DNA of 64,000 bases from an uncultured Eubacteriales bacterium. GTDB lineage: Bacteria; Bacillota; Clostridia; Oscillospirales; CAG-272. A model generated the notes under the pieces. The model did no database searches. It saw only the letters and a program-made list of their open reading frames with translations, and had not been told where the DNA came from. Position numbers and translations under genes: made by a program. Position 1 is the first letter of the stretch, and each line of letters opens with the position of its first letter. The stretch is taken from NCBI GenBank assembly GCA_900546315.1, contig URCP01000004.1, positions 195 to 64,194 of the forward strand. The letters are read 5' to 3'. This document shows positions 56,195 to 64,000 of the stretch, piece by piece.

Positions 56195-58909
56195 TTGAAT
56201 AACTATTCAAAACGGCCCGCCCCGAACGGACCGAAAAACAAGATCGACTGGTCAAAGGAAGTCGCCGGGTCCGGAAGGCTCGCGGGGAAGGTTATCGGGA
56301 AATTCTTCTCGTATCTTCTGAACATACTTCTGACGATAATGCTCGTTTGCTTCATAGCCGGGATAATCGTCGTCACGGTCTTTGCCGTATATGTCAAGAA
56401 CTATATCGACCCGGAGGTTGATCTGTCACTTTTCAGCGTGTCGAACTCTTCGCAGACGACGCGTGTGTACTACATGGATTACACCGACCGTGAGAACCGC
56501 GTAGGCGAGATGGTCGAGCTCGAGGACGAGCGCATCTTCGGCTCTGAGAACAGTATCTGGGTCAAGTACCCGGATATCCCGAAGAACCTCGTCAACGCTT
56601 TCGTCTGTATCGAGGACAAGCGTTTCTGGAGCCATCACGGCGTCGACTGGCTGCGCACCGGCTTTTCCGCGTTCAACTATATCATACCGATAAAGAAGGC
56701 GCAGGGCGGATCGACTATCACGCAGCAGACGATAAAGAACATCTATCACGAGGACGACTACACGCCGCAGAGAAAGATACAGGAGATCCTCCGCGCGCTG
56801 AACCTCGAGAAGCGGCTCGACAAGACGCAGATACTCGAGCAGTACCTGAACAACATCTACCTGTCCCAGAACTGCTACGGCGTTCAGGCGGCGGCGTATA
56901 CTTATTTCAACAAGGACGTCAGCGACCTCACGCTCATCGAGTGCGCGGCGATAGCGTCGATCACCAACGCTCCGACAAAGTACGACCCTGTCCTCAACCC
57001 GGAGAAGCAGGCTGAGCGCCGCAACAGCATCCTTGACCTCATGCTCGAGCAGGGCTATATCACGAAAGAAGAGTATGACGGCGCTTACGGCAAGGAGCTG
57101 AAGCTCGATTATCACGGTCGTGCGCAGCAGCAGACCGCGTCGACGAAGTCGTGGTATACCGATCAGGTCATAGTCGAGGTAGTCGCCGCGCTCCAGGATA
57201 AGCTCGGTTACACGGCGGCGAACGCCTGGAACTACCTCTATACGGGCGGTCTGTCGATAATTACTCTTCAGGACCCGGAGGTTCAGTCTGTTCTAGAGGA
57301 GGTTTATCTCGACGAGAATTCATTCCCGAAGACGAACAGCGACAAGCAGCCGCAGTCGTCCGCCGTCGTCGTTGACCCGGCGACCGGAGACGTTCTCGGA
57401 ATTGTCGGCGCGCGCGGTGAGAAGACGGGCGACCTGCTCCAGAACCACGCGACAAAGTCCACACGTTCCCCCGGTTCGTCTATAAAGCCGCTGTCGGTTT
57501 ACGCCCCGGCGCTTGAATACGGGCTCATCACCTACGGAAGTGTCTTCGACGACACGCCGGTCTGGTTCAATTACGCCGAGGACGACACCGCGAAGACGAA
57601 TCCGATCGCCTACCCGCGCAACCTGCCGGAGAGGTACAGGGGACTCACGACGGTAAACGTCGCCGTTGAGCACTCGATAAACACCATCGCGGTGCGCATA
57701 ATGAAGGAGCTGACGCCGGAGCGCTCGTTTGACTTTGTCAAGAACAAGCTCGGTATGCACAGCTTCATCGAGTCGGAGGAGATCGCCGGAGGAAAGACGC
57801 TGACCGACAAGGATATCGCGCCGCTCGCGCTCGGAGCTATGTCGAAGGGTCTGACGAACCTCGAGATAACGGCGGCGTACCAGATATTCCCGAACGGCGG
57901 CGTATACAACAAGCCGCGCACATGGCTTCAGGTGCTCGACGCGGACGGCAAGGTCGTCCTTGACAACACCGCGGACAGCCACGTCGTAATAAGTGAGCAG
58001 AACGCGTCGATCATGACGAAGATGCTCAAGAAGGTCGTCGATACCGGTACCGCTAAGAGCTGTACCCTCAAGAACTCGGTCAATGTCGCCGGAAAGACCG
58101 GTACGACATCGAGCGATGTCGACCGTTACTTTATCGGTTATACTCCGTACTACGTGTGCGGAATCTGGTTCGGCTACGAGACGCCGAAGTCTATCGGCAC
58201 GAACATCGCGTGGAATCCGACCGTGCACGCGTGGGACCTCATAATGACGAAGCTTCACGAGAAGTATATCAACGGCGCGACGAACGGCGGAACGCCGCTG
58301 AAGACCTTCACAACGGCGGACGGAGTCATCACCGCGAAGTACTGCAAGGATTCCGGAAAGCTCGCGACGGCGGCGTGCCAGGCCGACCCGCGTGGCAACA
58401 GGATTGAGGAAGGTTACTTCACGGCGGCGACGGCACCGACCGAGTATTGCGACGTCCATGTCCTTGTCAATTACGATAAGGTCACGAAGGCGGTCGCCTG
58501 CGACAAGTGCCCGGAGGCGAACATCATCCAGGTCGGACTTCTCAAGGTCGACCGCGAGTTCCCGGCTAACATCAAGGTCGAGGACGCGCAGTACACCTGG
58601 CGCGAGGTTCCCGATGGAACTCCGATGCCTGACAGGGACGACGTGCCGTTCTATATCGGTCTCTACCCGAGCGGAAAGTACCCGGGCTACAGCGCGACCG
58701 ACGGAAAGCCGGTCTACAACCGCTACTGCCACGAGCACGCTAGCCTGCCCGACCCTGAGCCGGAACCAGAGCCGGAGCCTCCGGTCAATGACACGACCGA
58801 TACCGGTGAGCCGGACACGGACGCGCCTGTGACCGACGTGACCGAGCCTGACACCTCCGGCGAGGATACGTCGACAGACACTGAGCCCGCGGCAGACGAC
58901 GCGGCGTGA
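56195..58909 (+). CDS. Class A penicillin-binding protein (glycosyltransferase GT51 plus transpeptidase) with acidic PE-repeat tail
   Basis: The GT51 motifs FVCIEDKRFWSHHGVD and GGSTITQQ are present, with transpeptidase motifs SPGSSIKP and KTGTT. The tail reads PDPEPEPEPEPP. The start is TTG. Confidence 0.92.
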   Translation: MNNYSKRPAPNGPKNKIDWSKEVAGSGRLAGKVIGKFFSYLLNILLTIMLVCFIAGIIVVTVFAVYVKNYIDPEVDLSLFSVSNSSQTTRVYYMDYTDRENRVGEMVELEDERIFGSENSIWVKYPDIPKNLVNAFVCIEDKRFWSHHGVDWLRTGFSAFNYIIPIKKAQGGSTITQQTIKNIYHEDDYTPQRKIQEILRALNLEKRLDKTQILEQYLNNIYLSQNCYGVQAAAYTYFNKDVSDLTLIECAAIASITNAPTKYDPVLNPEKQAERRNSILDLMLEQGYITKEEYDGAYGKELKLDYHGRAQQQTASTKSWYTDQVIVEVVAALQDKLGYTAANAWNYLYTGGLSIITLQDPEVQSVLEEVYLDENSFPKTNSDKQPQSSAVVVDPATGDVLGIVGARGEKTGDLLQNHATKSTRSPGSSIKPLSVYAPALEYGLITYGSVFDDTPVWFNYAEDDTAKTNPIAYPRNLPERYRGLTTVNVAVEHSINTIAVRIMKELTPERSFDFVKNKLGMHSFIESEEIAGGKTLTDKDIAPLALGAMSKGLTNLEITAAYQIFPNGGVYNKPRTWLQVLDADGKVVLDNTADSHVVISEQNASIMTKMLKKVVDTGTAKSCTLKNSVNVAGKTGTTSSDVDRYFIGYTPYYVCGIWFGYETPKSIGTNIAWNPTVHAWDLIMTKLHEKYINGATNGGTPLKTFTTADGVITAKYCKDSGKLATAACQADPRGNRIEEGYFTAATAPTEYCDVHVLVNYDKVTKAVACDKCPEANIIQVGLLKVDREFPANIKVEDAQYTWREVPDGTPMPDRDDVPFYIGLYPSGKYPGYSATDGKPVYNRYCHEHASLPDPEPEPEPEPPVNDTTDTGEPDTDAPVTDVTEPDTSGEDTSTDTEPAADDAA

Positions 58910-58930
58910 AGACGTCAGAATAAAATCTTT

Positions 58931-58963
58931 GATCACCTCATACATTTTTTGTGTGAGGTGATC
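58931..58963 (+). promoter_or_regulatory. Hairpin whose 3' arm contains the tspO Shine-Dalgarno sequence
   Basis: The sequence is GATCACCTCA-N13-TGAGGTGATC, with the ATG at 58968. Confidence 0.45.
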
Positions 58964-58967
58964 TTTC

Positions 58968-59510
58968 ATGTCATTATTCGGGAGGGGACGCGGATGCAGA
59001 TTCGGGAACATCCGCGGGAGGATACGGGCGGAGCTTTGCCGGATAGATATCCGGTGCGTCATCGCGGGGGCGGTGATCGTTCTGCTGTCCGGATTTCTGA
59101 GCGCGCTCGCGGGCGGGAGCGCCGACGCTTACGGCGAGCTGGAGCTTCCGGCGGGAGCGCCGCCCGGGTTCGTTTTCGTGATTGTGTGGACGGTGCTTTA
59201 CATACTTATCGGCGGATCGGCGGGGGCGGTGGCGTGCTGTCCCGACAGGTCGTGCGAGCAGGATAAGTATAAGGGGCTGCTGTTCTTCATTATCATGATG
59301 GTGTTCAATTTCATATGGTATCCGCTGTTCTTCGGGGCTGAGGCTTATTTTTCGGCGTTCATGGCGATTATCATGATGATTGTGATGAGCTTTTTCGCTA
59401 TGTGTCACTTTTTCAGGATATATGTAGTCTGCGGGGCGGCTATGGTGGTGTATCTCGCGTGGCTTTTTTACGCGGCGTACCTGAATCTTGCCGTTTTGTT
59501 CCTGAACTGA
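58968..59510 (+). CDS. tspO: TspO/MBR family tryptophan-rich sensory protein
   Basis: The 5-TM protein carries FVIVWTVLYILIG, NFIWYPLFFG and AWLFYAAYLNLAV. Confidence 0.85.
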   Translation: MSLFGRGRGCRFGNIRGRIRAELCRIDIRCVIAGAVIVLLSGFLSALAGGSADAYGELELPAGAPPGFVFVIVWTVLYILIGGSAGAVACCPDRSCEQDKYKGLLFFIIMMVFNFIWYPLFFGAEAYFSAFMAIIMMIVMSFFAMCHFFRIYVVCGAAMVVYLAWLFYAAYLNLAVLFLN

Positions 59511-59627
59511 CCGCGGCGAAAAGATTAACGGTAGGTATAATACACAAAACTGTCAGACCATTTTGTGAAAACAGACAATAGCGGGTAAAATTGTTTTGGG
59601 TAAAGCAAAAAAAATAACGAAAAAAGC

Positions 59628-59656
59628 TTGACAAATGAAAGAAGTCATAGTATAAT
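59628..59656 (+). promoter_or_regulatory. Promoter TTGACA-17-TATAAT
   Basis: The sequence is TTGACAaatgaaagaagtcatagTATAAT. Confidence 0.6.
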
Positions 59657-59718
59657 AGATGTATAAGTGACCGATCGGGGGATCGGCGCTTTATATCAAA
59701 TCAGGAGGAATAGCTCTA

Positions 59719-60144
59719 ATGAAGTTAACCCGTATCTTATCTATGGTTCTGGCAGGTATCGTACTTGCGTTTGCTCTCGTTTCCTGCGGCAGCGAGCCCA
59801 TGAAGGAAGTAACTGTCACTCTCAAGATCGCTGGTCCTGAAGGTGAAGACGCCGTGCTTGACACTCAGGTTACGGTAAAGGCTGCCGAGCCGACTGTTCT
59901 TGACGCCTTCATCAAAGCTTGCGACGAGAATGAGATCCCGTACGTTCTGTCCGACGACAATGCTTCTGTCAAGGATATCCAGGATTTCACGAACCATACG
60001 GACGAAAACGGAATCGCTCACTACTGGATGTACTACATCAACGATGTGGAGCCCACCAGCGGCAAGGCAAACGCCAACACGATCAACGACGGCGACGTGA
60101 TTCTTTACAGCTACGTTTCGTTTGATCCCAGCGAGTCCAAATAA
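59719..60144 (+). CDS. DUF4430-like lipoprotein
   Basis: The lipobox is LAFALVSCGS, and HYWMYYINDVEPTSGKANANTINDGDVILYSY is present. Codon usage suggests high expression. Confidence 0.65.
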   Translation: MKLTRILSMVLAGIVLAFALVSCGSEPMKEVTVTLKIAGPEGEDAVLDTQVTVKAAEPTVLDAFIKACDENEIPYVLSDDNASVKDIQDFTNHTDENGIAHYWMYYINDVEPTSGKANANTINDGDVILYSYVSFDPSESK

Positions 60145-60157
60145 AAGCTGAAAACAG

Positions 60158-60189
60158 GAGGATGACCCGGACAGGCGTCATCCTCTTTT
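60158..60189 (+). terminator. Intrinsic terminator
   Basis: The sequence is GAGGATGAC-N10-GTCATCCTC followed by TTTT. Confidence 0.75.
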
Positions 60190-60234
60190 CATACATGCGG
60201 CGCGGGAGTCATGATGCCCGCACGGAGGTGGAAA

Positions 60235-61302
60235 ATGCTTGACAATACGCTTTATAAGCTGAAAAACAATAAGGAACTGACGATAGGCTTCTTCGGCGGT
60301 TCGATAACCGAGGGCGCTGGGGCGTCTGACGCCTCGAGGACGTCTTGGCGAGGCTCGGTCATGAGGTGGTTCAGGGAGAGATATCCGGATCATGAGATAC
60401 GCGAGATACAGGCAGCTATCGGCGGGACCGGAAGCTCGCTCGGGATATTCCGCTGTGAGCGCGATCTTCTGTCGAAGAAGCCGGATCTTGTCTTCATGGA
60501 GTATTCGGTGAACGACGGTCTCGGGGACTATGACACCATAATGACTGATTCCGAGACGATCGTCAGGAAGATATACGCGTCGGATCCGCATACTGATATC
60601 GTGTATGTTCACACGACGACAAAATATCTGTCCGACCACATAGCGTCGGGCGGAGAGTACACGGCGCGGAGCGCGCATTCGGCAGTGATGCACCGCTATG
60701 GGATACCGCAGACAGACGTCGGTGAGATTCTGCGCTCCAAGGTAACCTCGTCCGGCGGAGACTGGAAGACGCTGACCACCGATACCGTTCACCCGAACGA
60801 CGATGGTTATGCCGTCTATACCGGGGCGATAACGAAGTTTCTCGCTGATATGCTCGACAAGGCAGAGCCTGTCCTTTCGGAGAAGGTTCTGCCCGAACAG
60901 CTGTCGCGCCCTCTCAGGCTTGACGCGCAGCTTGTGGACGCGTCCGAGGGTGAGCTTTCCGGGTTCGGAGTGGTCCGGGAGACAATGTGCGGACGGTACG
61001 ACGGGTATATCGAGGGAGAACCGGGAGCGTCACTCACGTATGAGTTTGACGGCCGCCGCGTCGGTCTGTACCTGATGCTCGCGAAGGATTCCGGCGATCT
61101 TCTCTGGAGCGTCGACGGCGGTGAAGAGAAGAGCCTCAGGACGTGGGACAGCTACTGCAAGAGCTTCAATCGCGCCGGAGGAATGCTGCTCGGCGGAGAG
61201 CTCACGGAAGGTCACCACACGCTGCGTCTGCGCGTCGCGGACACTAAGGCTGATGAGTCGGACGGGAAAGTCGTCAGGATAGGCGCTTTCATGGTCTATT
61301 GA
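60235..61302 (+). CDS. SGNH/GDSL family hydrolase with C-terminal beta-sandwich-like domain
   Basis: Block I is IGFFGGSITEG and block V is DTVHPND. SD ggaggtgg lies before the ATG at 60235. Confidence 0.8.
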   Translation: MLDNTLYKLKNNKELTIGFFGGSITEGAGASDASRTSWRGSVMRWFRERYPDHEIREIQAAIGGTGSSLGIFRCERDLLSKKPDLVFMEYSVNDGLGDYDTIMTDSETIVRKIYASDPHTDIVYVHTTTKYLSDHIASGGEYTARSAHSAVMHRYGIPQTDVGEILRSKVTSSGGDWKTLTTDTVHPNDDGYAVYTGAITKFLADMLDKAEPVLSEKVLPEQLSRPLRLDAQLVDASEGELSGFGVVRETMCGRYDGYIEGEPGASLTYEFDGRRVGLYLMLAKDSGDLLWSVDGGEEKSLRTWDSYCKSFNRAGGMLLGGELTEGHHTLRLRVADTKADESDGKVVRIGAFMVY

Positions 61303-61310
61303 ATAAGAAA

Positions 61311-61342
61311 ACGCTCACGGAGACCATTCCGTGAGTGTTTTT
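61311..61342 (+). terminator. Intrinsic terminator
   Basis: The sequence is ACGCTCACGG-N8-CCGTGAGTGT followed by TTTT. Confidence 0.75.
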
Positions 61343-61460
61343 GTGTGGTGCGCTCAATATGTGTTACAACAATTGCTTCGGATCGCTGTCCGGTAAACGG
61401 ACTACGATCTTTTTTCAACCTGCGGTTTAATAACATATCATGGAATCAACATACATACTA

Positions 61461-61489
61461 TTGCAAGTTGAGCTATGCCGTGTTATAAT
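61461..61489 (+). promoter_or_regulatory. Promoter TTGCAA-17-TATAAT for the XRE regulator
   Basis: The sequence is TTGCAAgttgagctatgccgtgtTATAAT. Confidence 0.55.
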
Positions 61490-61496
61490 ATTATTA

Positions 61497-61508
61497 CGAA
61501 CCGGTTCG
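61497..61508. promoter_or_regulatory. Perfect 12-bp palindrome CGAACCGGTTCG just downstream of the -10 (candidate autoregulatory operator)
   Basis: The palindrome is read directly from the sequence and lies at about +1 to +15 of the XRE gene promoter. Confidence 0.35.
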
Positions 61509-61537
61509 AAATAACGGCTTAGTGCCGGAAGGATGGT

Positions 61538-62248
61538 ATGAATATGCTTGACCTTGAAATCTTCGGGGCGAAGCTCCGGGAACACAGAAAAAAGCTCGGA
61601 CTGACGCAGGAGGCGGTCGCGGATCGCGTCGGCGTCTCGGCGCAGGCGGTCTCGAAGTGGGAGTCCGGCGAGTGCCTGCCCGACTGTTTCAATCTGAAGT
61701 CGCTCGGTGAGATCTATGGCGTCTCGCTCGATATTCTGCTTGACACCGATAAGAGCGGGGATATAGACGCCGTGGCGGCAAAGATAGAGCAGACCGCGGA
61801 CGAATTCATCTGGGCGAAGAACAGCCGGGACATGAACGCGCACCGTGATCTCGGCGGCGACCTTCTGAAAATGTGGAAGGGGATATACTTTACCGAGGTC
61901 GGCGACCATGAGAAGCAGCGCGCGGACTTCGCGGCGGGAAATCTCAGGGTGTGCAGCGACTTCGGGCTGAAGGTCTGGGATGACGATGGGGTCGTGTGCG
62001 TCGTGCGGGATGAGCTCAGAGAAAAGCTCGGAGAGGTCGGCGGGAAAGAGCTTGGTGTTCTGAGACAGCTCTGCACTGAGAACGGATTCAGGCTTATATC
62101 CTCGCTCGGAACCGCACAGGTGACGACAAAGGAGGAACTGAATTCTCTCGGAATACCGCCGGATGAGCTTAACGGAATGCTGACCTGCTTCATGGAAAGC
62201 AACCTGATAGAGTATAAACAGTTCTGGAAGAACGGCGGGGCTACATGA
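61538..62248 (+). CDS. XRE-family HTH transcriptional regulator
   Basis: The HTH reads LREHRKKLGLTQEAVADRVGVSAQAVSKWESGECLPD in this 236-aa protein. Confidence 0.8.
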   Translation: MNMLDLEIFGAKLREHRKKLGLTQEAVADRVGVSAQAVSKWESGECLPDCFNLKSLGEIYGVSLDILLDTDKSGDIDAVAAKIEQTADEFIWAKNSRDMNAHRDLGGDLLKMWKGIYFTEVGDHEKQRADFAAGNLRVCSDFGLKVWDDDGVVCVVRDELREKLGEVGGKELGVLRQLCTENGFRLISSLGTAQVTTKEELNSLGIPPDELNGMLTCFMESNLIEYKQFWKNGGAT

Positions 62249-62346
62249 TCTGCGGCCACGCCGGTATCGCGGCGTATATGGTTCTCGCGGCTGCTTTCCT
62301 GCTCGCGAAGAAGAAGTACACGCTGAGCGAATTTATGCCGGTATAA
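62245..62346 (+). CDS. Candidate 33-aa small hydrophobic peptide, translationally coupled to the XRE gene
   Basis: The ATG at 62245 overlaps the upstream TGA (ATGA). The peptide is MICGHAGIAAYMVLAAAFLLAKKKYTLSEFMPV and is followed by a terminator-like hairpin. It is not in the track because it is under 60 aa. Confidence 0.3.
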   Translation: MICGHAGIAAYMVLAAAFLLAKKKYTLSEFMPV

Positions 62347-62354
62347 ATCGAAGC

Positions 62355-62396
62355 AGGAAGCTGATCAACTGATGGTCAGCTTCCTACCAGGTTTTT
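62355..62396 (+). terminator. Terminator-like hairpin
   Basis: The sequence is AGGAAGCTGA-N11-TCAGCTTCCT, with TTTTT 6 nt downstream. Confidence 0.5.
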
Positions 62397-62437
62397 ATCT
62401 TGCCCTCAGCCCGGCGAGCGCGGCGTGAAGCGGACAC

Positions 62438-62736
62438 TCAGGCGGTGTTCCTCATGAAAAAACGGCTCGGAATTTCGAGATATCTCTCCGGAATGTTTAT
62501 CGGACGAATAGTTTTTCCCGCGTCTGTCCACTTCGCGCCCTCGTGACAGAGGTTTCTCGGAGCACCCCGGCTCTGGCCCCGTGGTCGAGCGCTTTCTGTC
62601 CGTTTTTGCAGAGCCCGCGCGCGAGTATGTGGTTATAAAATTCCCTCGGGCAGACGCCGCGGAGCCTCGCGTGGTCCGCCGAGATCCTGCCCCGGTCGAA
62701 CGGCTTTCCGTCGTCTATGTTCTTGTCGGTTATCAT
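62438..62736 (-). pseudogene. Decayed class I SAM-dependent methyltransferase (frameshifted, truncated remnant)
   Basis: The N-terminus MITDKNIDDGKPFDRGRISADHARLRGVCPREFYNHILARGLCKNGQKALD resembles a common methyltransferase N-terminus. SAM motif I is degenerate (DHGARAG). The expected continuation RNLCHEGAKWT appears only in a shifted frame, and the body of the gene is absent. Confidence 0.6.
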
Positions 62737-63599
62737 TTATTTGTTCCATTCTGAGGCTCTGCCGCAGGAGCCGTGGCATCCGCGCCGGGGTCTTTCTTTA
62801 TCATAAGTCCCTCGACGACCGCCGTGCCTTTCTTGCCGGAGAACTTCGTGTAGAAATATCCGAGCACCGAGAAGGTCAGCGCGCCGATGAAGTTGACGAA
62901 CATATCCTTTATAGTGTCGATAAGTCCGATGTCGAGATAGCCGTTTATTCCGAGCGGCTGTCCGTTGACGGTCGTGTCGGTGATATCCTTTATCTGCACG
63001 GCAACGTTCAGTCCGTCGGGGTTGAGGAGTGTTGACGAGATGGTCGTGACGATCGTGTCGCGCTGCATATCGGTCAGAAATATCCTGTCCATTCCGAACT
63101 CAAAGAACTCCCACAGCACGCCGATCGTCATTGAGAAGCAGAACGAGAACATCGCGACAAAGAACGGCGAAAGGTTCAGTCCGAAGACCTTCTTACTATT
63201 AAGAATGACGATAAGTGACAGTCCGACCGCCGCCGCGAGAAATCCGGTCGTCACATGCAGCATCGTGTCCCAGAGTGCGAACTTCGTGTAATAGCTGTTG
63301 ATCTCGCCCATGATCTCCGCCGCGAAGATAAAGACCAGCACAATATTCTCAAGCAGTGCCGGAACGTCGACCCTGAACACCTTCTCGACGAACACGGGGA
63401 CGAGAAACAGAACAAGCGTGAACGCGCAAAGGAAGACGTTCTCATAGTTCCCTATGAAGAACTGACGGATCCCGACGAGTATGACCAGCGCGCGGAGGAT
63501 CATATAGATTGTGAACGTGACTTTGTTCTTTTTGTATTCCGCGCTGAGCTGAACGAAAAAACCTGGCTTTTTTGCTGCTTTTGCCTTCTTTTCTTTCAT
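62733..63599 (-). CDS. Hypothetical polytopic membrane protein
   Basis: The 288-aa protein has a basic N-terminus (MKEKKAKAAKKPG) and about 6 TM segments. I cannot name the family with confidence. Confidence 0.6.
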   Translation of the reverse strand: MKEKKAKAAKKPGFFVQLSAEYKKNKVTFTIYMILRALVILVGIRQFFIGNYENVFLCAFTLVLFLVPVFVEKVFRVDVPALLENIVLVFIFAAEIMGEINSYYTKFALWDTMLHVTTGFLAAAVGLSLIVILNSKKVFGLNLSPFFVAMFSFCFSMTIGVLWEFFEFGMDRIFLTDMQRDTIVTTISSTLLNPDGLNVAVQIKDITDTTVNGQPLGINGYLDIGLIDTIKDMFVNFIGALTFSVLGYFYTKFSGKKGTAVVEGLMIKKDPGADATAPAAEPQNGTNK

Positions 63600-63686
63600 T
63601 GACGTTATCCTTTCGGTATTTTTATTGCAGATACTCCGCCGCGGTAATATCGCCGCGGCGGTCGTACTTATATCAGGTTATGACAA

Positions 63687-64000
63687 TCAGCCGGCAGCGT
63701 TTGAGCCGTCTGCCGCGGTTGTCTCCACGGTTTCCGGAACCTTCTCTTTTCCGAGATAATCCGGGAGCTTCATGCCCGCCATATCGAACATCTCGTTCAT
63801 CGGAGGAATGGACTTCATCATTCCGGACAGGAAGTTCGCGGTCGCGGTCTTTCCGTCCGCGCCGGTGTTTCCGCCGTCCCAGACAGTTACCTTGTCGATC
63901 TTGAGGTTCTTTATAGCTTCGACCTGGATCTTTGTCAGCTCCTCGAGCTTGTCGGCGATCATGAGCCTTATCGCGTCGTTCGAGTCGCCGCCCGCGGACT
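63687..64000 (-). CDS. Flotillin/SPFH family protein, C-terminal part (N-terminus beyond the window)
   Basis: The open frame continues to the window edge. The C-terminal sequence AIRLMIADKLEELTKIQVEAIKNLKIDKVTVWDGG is typical of bacterial flotillins. Confidence 0.65.
   Translation of the reverse strand, partial: SAGGDSNDAIRLMIADKLEELTKIQVEAIKNLKIDKVTVWDGGNTGADGKTATANFLSGMMKSIPPMNEMFDMAGMKLPDYLGKEKVPETVETTAADGSNAAG

Noticed and set aside
59511-59718. I looked for a cobalamin or other riboswitch upstream of the DUF4430-like lipoprotein.
   Set aside because: The promoter at 59628..59656 leaves only about a 60-nt leader with one small hairpin (CCGATC-GGGG-GATCGG). No B12-box-like sequence is seen.
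61491-61512. The string GGTTCGAA, reminiscent of a tRNA T-arm.
   Set aside because: It is part of the palindrome CGAACCGGTTCG in a promoter region, and no acceptor or anticodon stems can be drawn around it.
63630-63660. A perfect 9-bp GC hairpin CCGCCGCGG-N8-CCGCGGCGG downstream of the flotillin-like gene.
   Set aside because: It has no U-tract on either strand, so I do not call it an intrinsic terminator. It may still be a weak structural element.
1-64000. I searched for mobile elements, prophage, CRISPR-Cas, toxin-antitoxin or defence islands.
   Set aside because: I found no transposase, integrase, recombinase, Cas, nuclease-ATPase pairs or short toxin/antitoxin pairs. The gene content is housekeeping, envelope and transport, and the only repeat families (Rep90 and Rep109) are non-coding.

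Overview
This window reads as chromosomal core sequence from a GC-rich, spore-forming Firmicute. Gene content points to Clostridia of the Oscillospiraceae/Ruminococcaceae type: a YtvI-like AI-2E protein, a SleB-like hydrolase, an SLH wall protein, the L21-Prp-L27 operon, the nusB-xseA-xseB-ispA-tlyA-nadK-argR-recN block, and murB-rapZ-whiA-dnaE. I support about 59 protein-coding features, including housekeeping genes (proS, rplS, rpmA, rplU, tex, dnaE, a class A PBP, recN), two polar amino-acid ABC components, a GH36 alpha-galactosidase next to an AraC regulator, two paralogous orphan sugar-type binding lipoproteins flanking a ROK/GNAT/SIS operon, and several envelope proteins. I found no rRNA, tRNA, CRISPR array, transposase, integrase, prophage or recognisable defence system, and I cannot point to a clear novel multi-gene system. 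The unusual content is non-coding or architectural. (1) A 109-nt four-helix repeat (Rep109) occurs three times, always sense-oriented just after a + strand stop codon. (2) A 90-bp nested-palindrome, MITE/REP-like repeat (Rep90) occurs three times; one copy sits inside a riboswitch leader and one supplies a stop codon. (3) A lysine riboswitch drives an ABC importer whose binding protein looks circularly permuted, and a second, differently permuted binding protein lies 27 kb away behind a near-identical promoter. (4) A roughly 325-nt leader with several terminator-like hairpins precedes a MATE efflux gene. (5) A decayed methyltransferase pseudogene is present. (6) There are some odd tail-anchored or low-complexity membrane proteins. 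All calls come from reading the sequence and the ORF track by eye; no searches were run.
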